51,080 nt of DNA from Candidatus Bathyarchaeia archaeon (GTDB taxonomy: Archaea; Thermoproteota; Bathyarchaeia; Bathyarchaeales; Bathycorpusculaceae), in NCBI GenBank assembly GCA_049515895.1, contig JBEKTQ010000022.1:1-51080 (forward strand), given 5' to 3'. Of this stretch, positions 1-9,314 are shown one piece after another. Each line of letters begins with the position of its first letter. Positions within the stretch are counted from its first letter, which is position 1. A program made the translations under genes and the position numbers. The notes under the pieces were generated by a model that searched no databases, had not been told where the DNA came from, and saw only the letters and a program-made list of their open reading frames with translations.

Positions 1-270
1 GCCAATCGTCCAGATCTATTTCCATTTCTTTGACTTTTCCTATTTTCTCGTCTACCGCCCACAATTCTTTATCCAAAATCTCTTTACTTTTCGCTTTCGC
101 ACTCATACTTATCTATCCCTCCCTTTCCACGTTATAATTTGAGCTACCTTTTTAAATGGTCATTGGCGGAATTAAACGGGTGTGACTGTGAAGCCACAGC
201 GACATCTAGGTATCAACCGAGATTTTGCTTGAAAAATGGATTATGTATAAGTATTGAATTGAGTCAGCGT

Positions 271-969
271 TTAATGCGTTGCTTCTAACATTATGCGCCT
301 AAAAATTTCTATGCCGTGTCTAACACCTAGTTTTTTCTCACCCAATCTTTCTCGATATTTAATGGGAATTTCCACGATTCCAAAACCTTCCAGCTTCACA
401 TGATGATTAAGCTCTACCTCAACGTCAAAGCCTTTGGATTTCACTTTCCAACATCTAAGAATTTCCGCACGGAGTACGCGTAGCCCTGTCAGCGGATCGG
501 CTAACCAGACGCCGTTTAGAAAGTTTTGAGCAAAACCTATGAGCCGATTACCAAGGTAAAAAGCGTAATTCAGCCCCTTCATGTCTTGGTAGCCACTGAA
601 TCGGTTACCGCAAACCATACCCACATCAGGATTCTTCTCAAGCATCCGAATCATTTCAGGAACGTGTTCAGCAGGGTACGTGTAATCTGCATCTGTGATA
701 ACCACGTAATCAACTGTTAAATCCGAGTGCTCAATCGCTTTCGCTATCGCATCGCCCTTGCCTAATCCATCTTGAATTACAACGTCGGCACCCATGCTTT
801 TAGCTATCTCAACGGTTCGATCCGTACTTCTGCCGTCAACAACCAGAACACGTGGACTAGCAAGGTTAGCCTTAAGCTCAACGATAGTTGGTCCTATGCC
901 TTCTTCCTCGTTCAAAGCAGCAATGATAACTTGCGTCGAGGGGACACCCTGCACTTCTCCTTTCCCCAC
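271..969 (-). CDS. Glycosyltransferase family 2 (DPM1-like)
   Basis: VIIAALNEE, VVDGRSTD, GLGKG, TDAD (DxD), DPLTGLR, FDVEVEL and R-x-GEKKL motifs of dolichol-phosphate-sugar synthase-like GT2. Confidence 0.9.
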   Translation of the reverse strand: MGKGEVQGVPSTQVIIAALNEEEGIGPTIVELKANLASPRVLVVDGRSTDRTVEIAKSMGADVVIQDGLGKGDAIAKAIEHSDLTVDYVVITDADYTYPAEHVPEMIRMLEKNPDVGMVCGNRFSGYQDMKGLNYAFYLGNRLIGFAQNFLNGVWLADPLTGLRVLRAEILRCWKVKSKGFDVEVELNHHVKLEGFGIVEIPIKYRERLGEKKLGVRHGIEIFRRIMLEATH

Positions 970-1278
970 TCACATCAACGCTCTTTTTAAGCATAACTTG
1001 TTTAGACTCTTATTTAATACACTATGGAAAAAACGGAAATATATCAACACTTTCAACCTTAGCTTTTTATTCCGCATAATTGACACTCCCACGGCTGAAG
1101 CCAGTGGGATTCCGTCCTGCTCTTCTTGCCCTGACCAAGCGTTCTTAATGTACGCCTTGATCTGCGCAAGCCTTTCGGTGGATATGTCTAGCGTAATTTG
1201 TTGTTGTTGCCGCTGAACTGTTTTTACATACTCGCGGGGTTTTTCATGGTCAATATTACGCTGTGATATTGCAGTCAT
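970..1278 (-). pseudogene. Truncated/chimeric copy of the small protein at 48483-48863
   Basis: First ~46 aa nearly identical to 48483..48863; the frame then runs through an IS200/IS605-like hairpin into AT-rich sequence upstream of the GT2 gene. Confidence 0.6.
1080..1112 (+). mobile_element. IS200/IS605-family end-like subterminal hairpin (orphan)
   Basis: TTGAC-ACTCCCACGGCTGAAGCCAGTGGGATTC: imperfect hairpin CCCACGGC-TGAA-GCC(A)GTGGG preceded by a TTGAC pentamer; no tnpA/tnpB nearby. Confidence 0.6.
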
Positions 1279-1459
1279 GGGAAAATCAAACTCCTAAATC
1301 CAAACGCTGATTTTGACATAGACAGAATAGTGTCGAAAATAACAGTGTTATGTTGTTGTTTTTCGATGGTTAAATGGTAAAGTCGCATGGAAGCGCCACA
1401 AGGCACCATTTGTGAAGTCAACAGTGTAGGGCATTTCGTTTTGAGGTACCCTACGATGC
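1138..1459 (-). repeat. ~320-bp repeat, copy 1 (inverted relative to 48303-48623)
   Basis: Direct alignment: 137/141 nt identical over the coding part, lower identity over the upstream ~180 nt. Confidence 0.95.
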
Positions 1460-1686
1460 ACAGGGGGTATACTTGGAGTCACACTTTCACTTTCTCCTGC
1501 ATCTCCGCGTAGTTTATGGATCCTCGCGCGCTTGGCTTCAGCGTGCCTGGCTTTCTCTTCCGGCGTCCAGTCCCTGTAGGGATGCAGCTGATAGCGCCTC
1601 CTGCGGGCCGCTCTCTCCGCTTCACAATGTTTTTGGTACTGCCTCCTTGAAACGTCTCAGCACCTCAGACCTTGGCGCCTGCACAT
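1348..1686 (-). pseudogene. GC-rich virus/plasmid-like ORF relic with in-frame TGA
   Basis: MCRRQGLRC*DVSRRQYQKHCEAERAARRRRYQLHPYRDWTPEEKARHAEAKRAR...; TGA at 1657-1659; local GC visibly higher than the flanks. Confidence 0.3.
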
Positions 1687-1897
1687 GAATGAAGTCAACG
1701 TGGTTGAAAGCATCGCCTTCGCTAAGGCCAGGCTCACTTCCTTTCATCTCAAAAACCAACTCCTGGTAAACAAGAAACACACAGATGCAGCGGAGCGCCA
1801 AAGAAAAAGAAGGAGATTGGCGGGAGATGTAAACTGGCCAAAGTGGCGATAGTTAATATAATCGTATTGCACGCAGGGTGATTTAGATTTCCGCTTA

Positions 1898-2143
1898 TTA
1901 TTCGCTTAATTCCATTTTCTCTAGTTCATCTTTTTCAGCTTCGTCTTTTAATTCCGAGATTCCATAGTTCACTTTATCCTGCTGAAAAGGAGTTGTATGG
2001 TCTTCACAGAGGAAAAGCTTGCTAAGTACACCCCCACGTTCATAGCGAATGAAGCTGCCTTTGTCCACACGCTTGACCTTGTAAACGTCAACTTTGAATT
2101 TGGCTTCTTTGCCACAGTCCTCAGAACTTCTATCACACTTCAT
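1898..2143 (-). CDS. Small Cys/His zinc-finger protein
   Basis: N-terminal C-x6-C and LCEDH motif, acidic tail. Confidence 0.6.
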   Translation of the reverse strand: MKCDRSSEDCGKEAKFKVDVYKVKRVDKGSFIRYERGGVLSKLFLCEDHTTPFQQDKVNYGISELKDEAEKDELEKMELSE

Positions 2144-2986
2144 CGCTTTCTCATCCTATTTTCCATGTTTTCAATGTTTTCCGCGAGTCTCATAGTCGGC
2201 CTCAAGTTCACGGATGCAAGAAGCCATAGAATCAGCGTTCGTGTTAACGACCACCTATTAAATGGATTAATTCGCGCATCATAATGACTACGCTGGGATA
2301 CATTACGAATGCACATAAGTTTACAATAATCATTTAGTCGTCTCCTGTCTTGTTTTCCCTAAAGATTACTACTTGCTCACTTCTGCAGAACAGCAAAGAA
2401 GCCTCTCCATTTCGCTCAGACAATTTAACGATTTCAGCTTCTTAAGGCAAATTTCTAAAGTTGGAATATATCGTGTATTGGAGTCAAAAGAGGAAGAGTG
2501 CGTAGATTTCTAAATCAGACCTTTTTCAGCAGGTTCAAAAATGCTCAGGGATCTCTTCTTTCAGGTAGTAAGAGTGGTCCAAAACCCAAGTTTCTACAGA
2601 ACTTTTTTCCATTCTAAAAACAACACATTTTTTAAAATCAAACCTGCAGCGAGGCTTCGGCATTAGCTAACGAACAAACTACGGGTGGATAACAGCCACC
2701 ATAGATGGTATTTCAGCGTTTCAAGAAGGTAAACTGACGTTTTCAGCAAGCAATTCAAGAATTTATTTTACTTCAAAAGAAGAAGACTCCCGCAGCAAGC
2801 ACACTTCTTCTTCCACTTAGGACTGGTTATCGCTATTTTCATGGATGGTGTATGTTCTCTTTATGAAAGAACGAAGTGACTGTAAAAAAGGGGATTGTAT
2901 GAGGGAGACATCGCCACTGACAGCTGAATACAATCGTATTTGCACTAAGTTATCGAAAATTTAAAAAGCTTACTTAGCCTTCCCAC

Positions 2987-4066
2987 TTGATTATGAAGAC
3001 TTCTGTAAAAATTGGGTCGGCGTGGGGCATTCCCATCGAGCTGCACCTGACCTTTATCCTGTTGATAGTAGCGGTGCTGGGACTCTCAATCTACTACAAT
3101 CAAATTTATTCTTTCATCCTCATAGTGTTCCTGTTTGTTTTCGTGCTTTTCCATGAGCTCGCGCACTCGGTTATTGCAAGACGATACGGCATTAAGGTCC
3201 GCAAAATCATTCTCTACCCTATCGGCGGAGTTTCCGAGATAGAGGAGATACCTGAAAACCCAAGAATAGAGTGGCGCATGGCTTTTGCGGGTCCCCTCAC
3301 AAGCCTGATCCTTGGAGCAGTACTTGTGGTCATAAACTTTGTATTACCACTAAAACTGATATTTGCCCCATCGTCAATTTTAATTTCCACCGGGAACCTG
3401 CTGCTTGACTTGGGATACCTGAATCTGCTTCTTGGCGCGTTCAATTTGCTACCAGCTTTCCCGATGGACGGGGGCAGAGTTCTAAGGGCGCTACTAGCTG
3501 AACGCATGAAGTTCACCGACGCCACTAAATACGCAAGTTACATTGGTAGAATCCTCGGAATCGGCATGGCGTTTTTCGGAATCGTTTTTCCAGGGTACTT
3601 TTTGCTTATTGTAGTTGGTGTTTTTGTTTATGTGGGAGCCAGCGAAGAAGCGGAACAAACTATTGTCTCCACGACTTTGGCAAGTGTCCGTGTAAAAGAT
3701 GTAATGCAATCTGAAATCGGTTCAGTTCGCCCCGACGAAACCCTTTCTGACGCCTTCGAAGTCATGTTTAAGTCCAAGTACCATGACGTGCTTGTTGAAA
3801 AAGACGGGATCTTTAAGGGTATTGTCACGTGGAATGAAATAATCAAGATTCCAAAGGATCAACGCGACAGCATCAAAGTTGAGCAGCTGCCGGTGAAGAG
3901 CATTTCAACTTTCCCAGACGAAGCGGTCTTTGAAGCGTACAAGCTGATGACCAAAGAAAAAATCGATTTGATGCCCGTTGTCGAAAAAGACACGTCTACA
4001 AAGGTTGTAGGGGTCTTAACAAGCGAAGCGGTCGCGAGCGCTTACGAGAAAGCTAAGAGTCGTTAA
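2987..4066 (+). CDS. Site-2 protease (M50) with tandem CBS domains
   Basis: HELAH, NLLPAFPMDGGR, multiple TM segments, C-terminal CBS pair (VKDVMQ ... LMPVV). Confidence 0.95.
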   Translation: MIMKTSVKIGSAWGIPIELHLTFILLIVAVLGLSIYYNQIYSFILIVFLFVFVLFHELAHSVIARRYGIKVRKIILYPIGGVSEIEEIPENPRIEWRMAFAGPLTSLILGAVLVVINFVLPLKLIFAPSSILISTGNLLLDLGYLNLLLGAFNLLPAFPMDGGRVLRALLAERMKFTDATKYASYIGRILGIGMAFFGIVFPGYFLLIVVGVFVYVGASEEAEQTIVSTTLASVRVKDVMQSEIGSVRPDETLSDAFEVMFKSKYHDVLVEKDGIFKGIVTWNEIIKIPKDQRDSIKVEQLPVKSISTFPDEAVFEAYKLMTKEKIDLMPVVEKDTSTKVVGVLTSEAVASAYEKAKSR

Positions 4067-4092
4067 CGACGCTATTTCCTGTGAAACCGCAA

Positions 4093-4449
4093 TCACATGG
4101 GCCTGTACCTGCTTTTCTCGGAGAAGTAATCCATCACTCTGGTCGCGTCGAAGAATTTAGCCGAATGGGGTATTCCCGCGGGAATCAGGTATTCGTCACC
4201 TTTCTTATAGTGCCGCAACTTGCCGTCGATGTTTAACTCCATTTCGCCGTCTATTACCATGCCCCACTGTGCATAGGTATGACTGTGCGCGGGCATGTCT
4301 GTGCCCTTTTCAAACTGGAAAAAGACAAGTTGGCTTGACTCCGCCTGTAGAATCCAAGCTTTGCCACCTTCACAGGAAACTTTCGCTTCTGGCAAATGAG
4401 TTATGACGTCTGGATAACCGGAAACCTTCTGAACCTTTGCCTTACTCAA
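4093..4449 (-). CDS. Cupin domain protein
   Basis: PAHSH ... QWGMVIDG ... GDEYLIPAGIPHSA cupin motifs. Confidence 0.9.
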   Translation of the reverse strand: MSKAKVQKVSGYPDVITHLPEAKVSCEGGKAWILQAESSQLVFFQFEKGTDMPAHSHTYAQWGMVIDGEMELNIDGKLRHYKKGDEYLIPAGIPHSAKFFDATRVMDYFSEKSRYRPM

Positions 4450-4608
4450 GCATTTTACCCCAAGGAGATAACAACCTGGGAAAGAGAAAAACCCTTTGAT
4501 GGTTCAAGTTGATGGCAAATATTTGGGTCTGCGTTTTATGTCCGCAGCCATTTTTTGGGTTGCGAATTGTTACATCGATAGGTCAGCGGCAATGATGACG
4601 GACAGGAT

Positions 4609-5127
4609 TTACTGTGTTGTATCTTTCACTTGCTCTTCATTGCCTTGTCGACTTGCCCCACAGTTCGGGCACTTGTCGAGCCTTTCGTCATAGACCGTCC
4701 CGCAATAGGAGCAGCGAATTTTTGAGCTTTGCTTTTCCATCTCAATCTCCAACGAGCCATCTTTTAGCACAACGTCTATTTTTTCGGCTTTAGCCCATTC
4801 TGGCCCGTCTTTGGGCGCCCTCCATCGGGTGTTGCCGTTTTCATCTGTGTATTTAGTGAAGCCTTCGAGCTCCAACAGTTTCTCACGTTGTTCGGGAGTC
4901 GCATTTTGCATGGCGCTAAACGTGCGTCGGTTGCTAGTCTGAGGCTTATTCTTTTTGGCTTTGCGAGAACTGTAAACTGCAGAAACCGCGAATATTATGA
5001 TGACGAAGGCTCCTATTGCGAAAGGTAAAAAACCATAGTAAACCCAGACCACATACAACCCGATGGCAAGAATGAACAGCAGGATGCCGATACATGTGTA
5101 AATTTCTTCTTTGCCTCTTGAACTCAT
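4609..5127 (-). CDS. Membrane protein with C-terminal zinc ribbon
   Basis: Two N-terminal TM helices; CSYCG ... CPNCGA. Confidence 0.8.
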   Translation of the reverse strand: MSSRGKEEIYTCIGILLFILAIGLYVVWVYYGFLPFAIGAFVIIIFAVSAVYSSRKAKKNKPQTSNRRTFSAMQNATPEQREKLLELEGFTKYTDENGNTRWRAPKDGPEWAKAEKIDVVLKDGSLEIEMEKQSSKIRCSYCGTVYDERLDKCPNCGASRQGNEEQVKDTTQ

Positions 5128-5519
5128 TATTTCACCACCAGCGACAAGAAACCAAATGTAAACAGGAAACCTGTTAGCAACCGAAGCATGTTGTTGCTTT
5201 CTCCGAAACCCGTGAGTTGGGAGGTCCCATCAATCACCATCGGCACCATCATGACTATCCCAGCAAATAAGGGAATCTGCAGGTTAAGAAGAGCTAATGA
5301 AATGAAGCCGAAAAAGCCTACTAGCAAGCCCGTGCATCGGGAACATATAGGGAATGTGTGCCCAAGAATTGCAAGGCTTCTTTCAGGACGCCTGTGGCAA
5401 AAAAACGCGAAGCCAAGCTGCTTTTTTCCGACATTTAGAAGCAGGACTGGGCCAGCTCTGGCATCCCAAATGAACTCAAAAATCCTTCTCTTGACTGGGG
5501 CTGATTGAGGGCCAATCAA
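5127..5519 (-). CDS. DUF2085-type membrane protein
   Basis: CHRRPERS, CSRCTG, PMVIDG, SNNMLRLLTG motifs; start uncertain. Confidence 0.85.
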   Translation of the reverse strand: MIGPQSAPVKRRIFEFIWDARAGPVLLLNVGKKQLGFAFFCHRRPERSLAILGHTFPICSRCTGLLVGFFGFISLALLNLQIPLFAGIVMMVPMVIDGTSQLTGFGESNNMLRLLTGFLFTFGFLSLVVK

Positions 5520-5638
5520 AACAAAAACACCTTCAATACACTGTTACAACTTTTGATGTTTAACTCTATCGGGAAGCAAAATAGCAAAATACCGCCACTA
5601 CAAAAGTTGGCTTTTTAGCGTTCAGAATTCAAATGGGT

Positions 5639-5965
5639 TCAGATTTGATATTTTGGTCGTTTGGATTCTTTTACCCAGAATTGTTCGTCATCAACCATTA
5701 TTACTTGAACTTCAACGACGTTTCTTGGACAAGTTATTGCTGCGCGGAACTTGGGGGGTAAGTCGGGTTTTGCCAGAAACGTCATTCTAGACTCCTCTAA
5801 CTGTTCTGCTATGCGCTCGGTTTTTTTGTTGGGGTAGCCGTGGTACTTTACGCTTTTCCCTTCGGTGATTGCTTTATCGAAGTCGGCTTTGCTGCATTGG
5901 ATTAGTTTTGCGCCATTTCGGACGAACCAGTATGGCAGATTCTTAGACATAATAATCGTCGGCAA
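5639..5965 (-). CDS. Hypothetical protein
   Basis: 108-aa ORF with plausible composition, no recognised motif. Confidence 0.55.
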   Translation of the reverse strand: MPTIIMSKNLPYWFVRNGAKLIQCSKADFDKAITEGKSVKYHGYPNKKTERIAEQLEESRMTFLAKPDLPPKFRAAITCPRNVVEVQVIMVDDEQFWVKESKRPKYQI

Positions 5966-6168
5966 TAGGGTTCAGGTTGACTCTTAATTAACATTGTTGT
6001 TGCTGACACAGATTAGCGCCTCAGAAGTCGAATTTGAATCAATCATTACGAAGATCTAATCCGCTTCATACTAACGTGTTTGTCATCATAGACGCTTTAA
6101 ACATCAATTTCAGCAAGCAAACCAGTTTTATGAAACGAAAATTGATTTGATAAGAAAATTCTGCAGGT

Positions 6169-6309
6169 TTAACGTTTGATAGTGAGCGTAAGATAATGGC
6201 CTTTATGGTCAACCATCCGATGGATTCTCAATTCTTCAGGATTATGAAATTTCGCGGAACATAATCTGCACTTAAATACCTCTCCATAAATAACCTTGTT
6301 ATCCAACAT
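6169..6309 (-). CDS. C2H2 zinc-finger microprotein (46 aa)
   Basis: FKCRLC-x12-H-x4-H; ATG at 6309 preceded by GGAGAAGG. Confidence 0.75.
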   Translation of the reverse strand: MLDNKVIYGEVFKCRLCSAKFHNPEELRIHRMVDHKGHYLTLTIKR

Positions 6310-6509
6310 CGAAATCGACCTTCTCCACAAGCCTATGGTTAACAACACTAAGCGACTTATAAACAAAAGAATAATTTCAGCTTGAATCATCATGATTTTC
6401 GTTAAATAGCATTAGAAGTAAATTCTAAAGAATTCTCAAATCCAATTTTGCGCTCGCATCAATTTTCCAACACGTTAAAACTTATATAGAATATCTAATA
6501 ATTTTAAAT

Positions 6510-6743
6510 ATGGTTGTCAAAATGTCGATAGATATAAAACTTGAACGCGGCGTCAGAGGATACACCATCGTTAGGAAAAAATGCCCGAACTGTGATGCCG
6601 AATTAATCTTCAAGATCCATAAGAACGCAATTCACGACGTCGGCGGAGAAGGACTCTATTACCCCGAAGAAAAGGTTGTCCGCTGCAAAGTATGCATGAG
6701 CACATTCAAATACGAAACCAAGCTCACGGCTGAAAAAAAATAG
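6510..6743 (+). CDS. Zinc-ribbon small protein
   Basis: CPNC ... CKVC; TTATATA box just upstream. Confidence 0.7.
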   Translation: MVVKMSIDIKLERGVRGYTIVRKKCPNCDAELIFKIHKNAIHDVGGEGLYYPEEKVVRCKVCMSTFKYETKLTAEKK

Positions 6744-6931
6744 ACCTAATCAAGAAATAACAAGTGCTATCGTAACCACTTCATGAGCTTAGCGCAAAGA
6801 CTTGATTTCACAGGTTGATCTCCAACCTTCAGAAATTTTTGCTGTGAAAAATCCAACGACTTTGTTCTTATGCTTTTAAAACATTAAGCGAATCCTGGCA
6901 ATAGCACTGAAATACTTTCTGTTTATCAGCA

Positions 6932-6979
6932 AGTGAGTCGGGTGGGATTTGAACCGTAATGGGTTCAAACCACAAAGAC
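6932..6979 (-). repeat. 48-bp tRNA-3'-end-bearing element, copy A (att-like scar)
   Basis: Minus strand GTCTTTGTGGTTTGAACCCATTACGGTTCAAATCCCACCCGACTCACT; 44/48 identical to 24957-25004. Confidence 0.9.
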
Positions 6980-7106
6980 TTTAAAAAGTAAAAATAATGC
7001 AGATTCTTTAAAAACAGTTAATAGCGAGCATTTCTACGCGAAAAGCGAGCTGAACCAAGCTTCTCCTGCCAAGTTATTTCTGGTAGCTATTAAGTAAAAT
7101 CATCTT

Positions 7107-7137
7107 TGACGCCCTTGCCCAGCTAGGCTATCGGCGG
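7107..7137 (-). ncRNA. Orphan tRNA 5' half (positions 1-29), isotype undetermined
   Basis: CCGCCGA TA GCCT AGCTGGGCAA GGGC G TCA: acceptor 5' strand, U8/A9, D-arm with A14, G15 and GG; no matching 3' half in the window. Confidence 0.65.
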
Positions 7138-7153
7138 TTCTGAACTCAAGAGA

Positions 7154-7231
7154 TGGTGGGGCTGGAGAGATTTGAACTCTCGTCTATAACGCCCGAGGCT
7201 ACAAGCCTAGACCAAGCTAGCCGACAGCCCC
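7154..7231 (-). tRNA. tRNA-Pro (CGG)
   Basis: GGGGCTG/CAGCCCC acceptor, anticodon arm GTAGC-CT-CGG-GC-GTTAT, T-arm GAGAG-TTCAAAT-CTCTC, encoded CCA. Confidence 0.93.
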
Positions 7232-7327
7232 TGTTTATGTTTGACTTGGTTTTTTCGGGGTTTATAGAATAATGCTGGCTTAGGCTTTAAACTTTAACGG
7301 TTGAAAAATGTTTGTTGTTGACGTTGG

Positions 7328-7930
7328 TTAAACGCTGGTTGCCGCGGTAACAGGAGGCGTCGTGGTCGATTCGGACTCGCTTAGAGCTGAGCTGACATGG
7401 CTGTGGTATAGTCTTGCGGTTATACATAGCGCGGTAGCTACTACTGCAAGATAGAAGGGCAATTGAAATGTTCCTGAGACCAAAGCGCTAACGGTGGCGC
7501 CCATAGTCCAGCTTCCAGGTAGCGTGACTGTTGCTGAACCATTCAGTGGAAGGTATACACCGAAATGTCCCGCGATCAACAAAATTATTGCTAGGACCAC
7601 AACAAAACTTACAACTGAATACAACGGTTTTTTATACGAGAATCCGAGCAGGTGTTTAGCGTAAGGTTTTGTCGGAACCAACGAGTAAATCAGCATAATT
7701 ATTCCGCTGGCCGAGAATGTTAGTATGGTTACAAGGTTGAGGGCCCAAATTAGAGGTATTGTAAATTGCGTGCCGAATAAACCGAAATTTGTGTTGACGG
7801 GAGAAGCATTGATTTTAATGAGGCTTTGGCCGACGGTTAGCTGCCACCAGGGCATGTAAAGGGAGATTGCGAGAGCTATTAGCGTGATGATTCCAGCAGC
7901 GAGACCAATCCAGTTTATTTTTCTAGTCAA
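7328..7930 (-). CDS. Multi-pass membrane protein
   Basis: Four hydrophobic segments; translationally coupled to the upstream gene. Confidence 0.8.
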   Translation of the reverse strand: MTRKINWIGLAAGIITLIALAISLYMPWWQLTVGQSLIKINASPVNTNFGLFGTQFTIPLIWALNLVTILTFSASGIIMLIYSLVPTKPYAKHLLGFSYKKPLYSVVSFVVVLAIILLIAGHFGVYLPLNGSATVTLPGSWTMGATVSALVSGTFQLPFYLAVVATALCITARLYHSHVSSALSESESTTTPPVTAATSV

Positions 7931-7931
7931 A

Positions 7932-8525
7932 TCAGGTTCCCCCTGGGCTTCCTGTTAGACTTTGCAGGTTTGAAATTGAACCCGCGTCGATGTGGTCAAT
8001 GTGCACAAGAACTCCGCCGACATCTACGTTTACATTGTTCAAGGCAATGTTGAGGTTGCCCCCAGTGTTTTGCGCTGCAAGCTGATTTACTGCGTCAGGA
8101 TTCAAATTTCCTGAGGCATTTATTACCGAATTTGCTCCTGGCGGTATGCTGATTGTTTGAGGCATGGAGATGTTGCCCAATGAAGTGCCATCTTCCGTGA
8201 CTACTTGCGCTGACAGATGATCGAACGAAATTTCGGTTGATAGAGGGTTAGTGAAATTGAATGGGTAAGTAAAGGCGCCGGTGGTTGGATTGTACTTTGG
8301 TTGCCCAGCCGGCTGGGGGATTTGAAAATTCGGCAGCGAAGGCGAAGCTGACGACTGTGGCCCAGCAGAGGTTCCGCTGTTCCCACCGCCGTTCATTAAG
8401 TTCTTCATTTGAGGCGGAAGAACCAACCCCAACAAATTGTCCTTGTAAGCGTACACTTCAGCCACTAAAGGCACAATAATGATCATAATGGAGAGAACTG
8501 TTAAAGCCACCTTGACTTTATCCAT
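7932..8525 (-). CDS. Membrane-anchored protein, LEA2/WHy-like beta domain
   Basis: N-terminal TM, Pro/Ser linker, FNFTNP motif. Confidence 0.7.
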   Translation of the reverse strand: MDKVKVALTVLSIMIIIVPLVAEVYAYKDNLLGLVLPPQMKNLMNGGGNSGTSAGPQSSASPSLPNFQIPQPAGQPKYNPTTGAFTYPFNFTNPLSTEISFDHLSAQVVTEDGTSLGNISMPQTISIPPGANSVINASGNLNPDAVNQLAAQNTGGNLNIALNNVNVDVGGVLVHIDHIDAGSISNLQSLTGSPGGT

Positions 8526-8750
8526 AACCTGCTTGCCCTGCTTAGATGTTATTCGGCTCTAACCGCTTTTAATAGTTACGTAACAAGAATTCAGTCTCTG
8601 AATCAATTTTCTTAGACCATGATCAGTAGGTACTTGATCTGTTTCGGTTGAATTCTTAAGAGTAGATTTCTCTCTCTCCCAATCGACTGGTTTTTTCTCA
8701 AGACTTTCACGAATCTGCTACACGAAGAGTGACGCGAATGGACAAGAAAA

Positions 8751-8803
8751 GTCGAAAAGGAGTTGGAAGAGTCGGGTTGGGTCGGGATGGGTCGCAACCT
8801 GCA
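8751..8803 (+). repeat. Phased 10-bp GTCG array ending in CGCAACCTGCA
   Basis: GTCG at 8751, 8771, 8781, 8791 (GTCGGGTTGG GTCGGGATGG GTCGCAACCTGCA). Confidence 0.7.
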
Positions 8804-8936
8804 ACGCCTCAAGCTCAAACCGAGAAAGTAACCCAAAACACAATGAGGCAAAATTCGCCGCCTTTTGTCTCAGCGGTCTTTTTTGGGCTTCCTAAATGCC
8901 TGAGTTTTCTTTTGTTTCTGCGAGTTTGGTCGGTGT

Positions 8937-9031
8937 TTGACTTTAGTTGACGTTTGTTGACGTTAATTGACGTTTATTGACTTTGGTTGACGTTAGTTGA
9001 CTTTTGTTGACGTTAGTTGACGCAACCTGCA
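8937..9031 (+). repeat. Tandem array of nine 10-bp units, consensus TTGACKTTDR, ending in CGCAACCTGCA
   Basis: TTGAC at 8937, 8947, ... 9017 with exact 10-bp spacing. Confidence 0.95.
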
Positions 9032-9314
9032 GATGATTTAAGCTTTTCCACAAAAAAGCAACCCAAAACACAAACAACAAAAAACGCCGATAAAAATGAT
9101 TAACCCCTCGGTAATTCGGCACCGCTTATATACGAAACTTACACGTACTCCATGCAACGATTTGACGAGCCACGGAACGCAAACAAGCAAACGGCTAGAC
9201 GCTTTAAAGCGAAGTTTAAAAACGGGGCAACTTCAGGCTTAAAGTTTAAGGTTATAGTTCAAACACTCTTTTATTGCCCGTTCTCAGTCCAGACAAATAG
9301 TGAGTTGAACTAAT

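Noticed and set aside
1657-1659. Selenocysteine recoding of the in-frame TGA
   Set aside because: Lies in a decayed mobile-like region; a CGA-to-TGA mutation is simpler; no SECIS seen
2340-2980. Gene or ncRNA in the 640-bp gap
   Set aside because: Only short stop-interrupted frames and no recognisable structure
7040-7106. C/D box sRNA after the tRNA half (AAGATGA ... CAGA)
   Set aside because: No convincing C' or terminal D box and no recognisable guide target
6932-7137. One long-intron tRNA-His formed from the orphan 5' half plus the GTG-containing 48-bp element
   Set aside because: TCAAA/TTTGA could pair around GTG, but the loop is one base short, the T-stem has only two pairs, and CCGACTC cannot pair with CCGCCGA
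8937-9031. CRISPR array or coding repeat
   Set aside because: Units are 10 bp with no unique spacers and no cas genes; a 10-bp period shifts frame and hits stop codons on both strands
8526-9314. Canonical Orc1/Cdc6 origin
   Set aside because: No ORB (TTCCA-x-TGGAAA with G-string) and no cdc6 gene; only the weaker polarity hypothesis is kept
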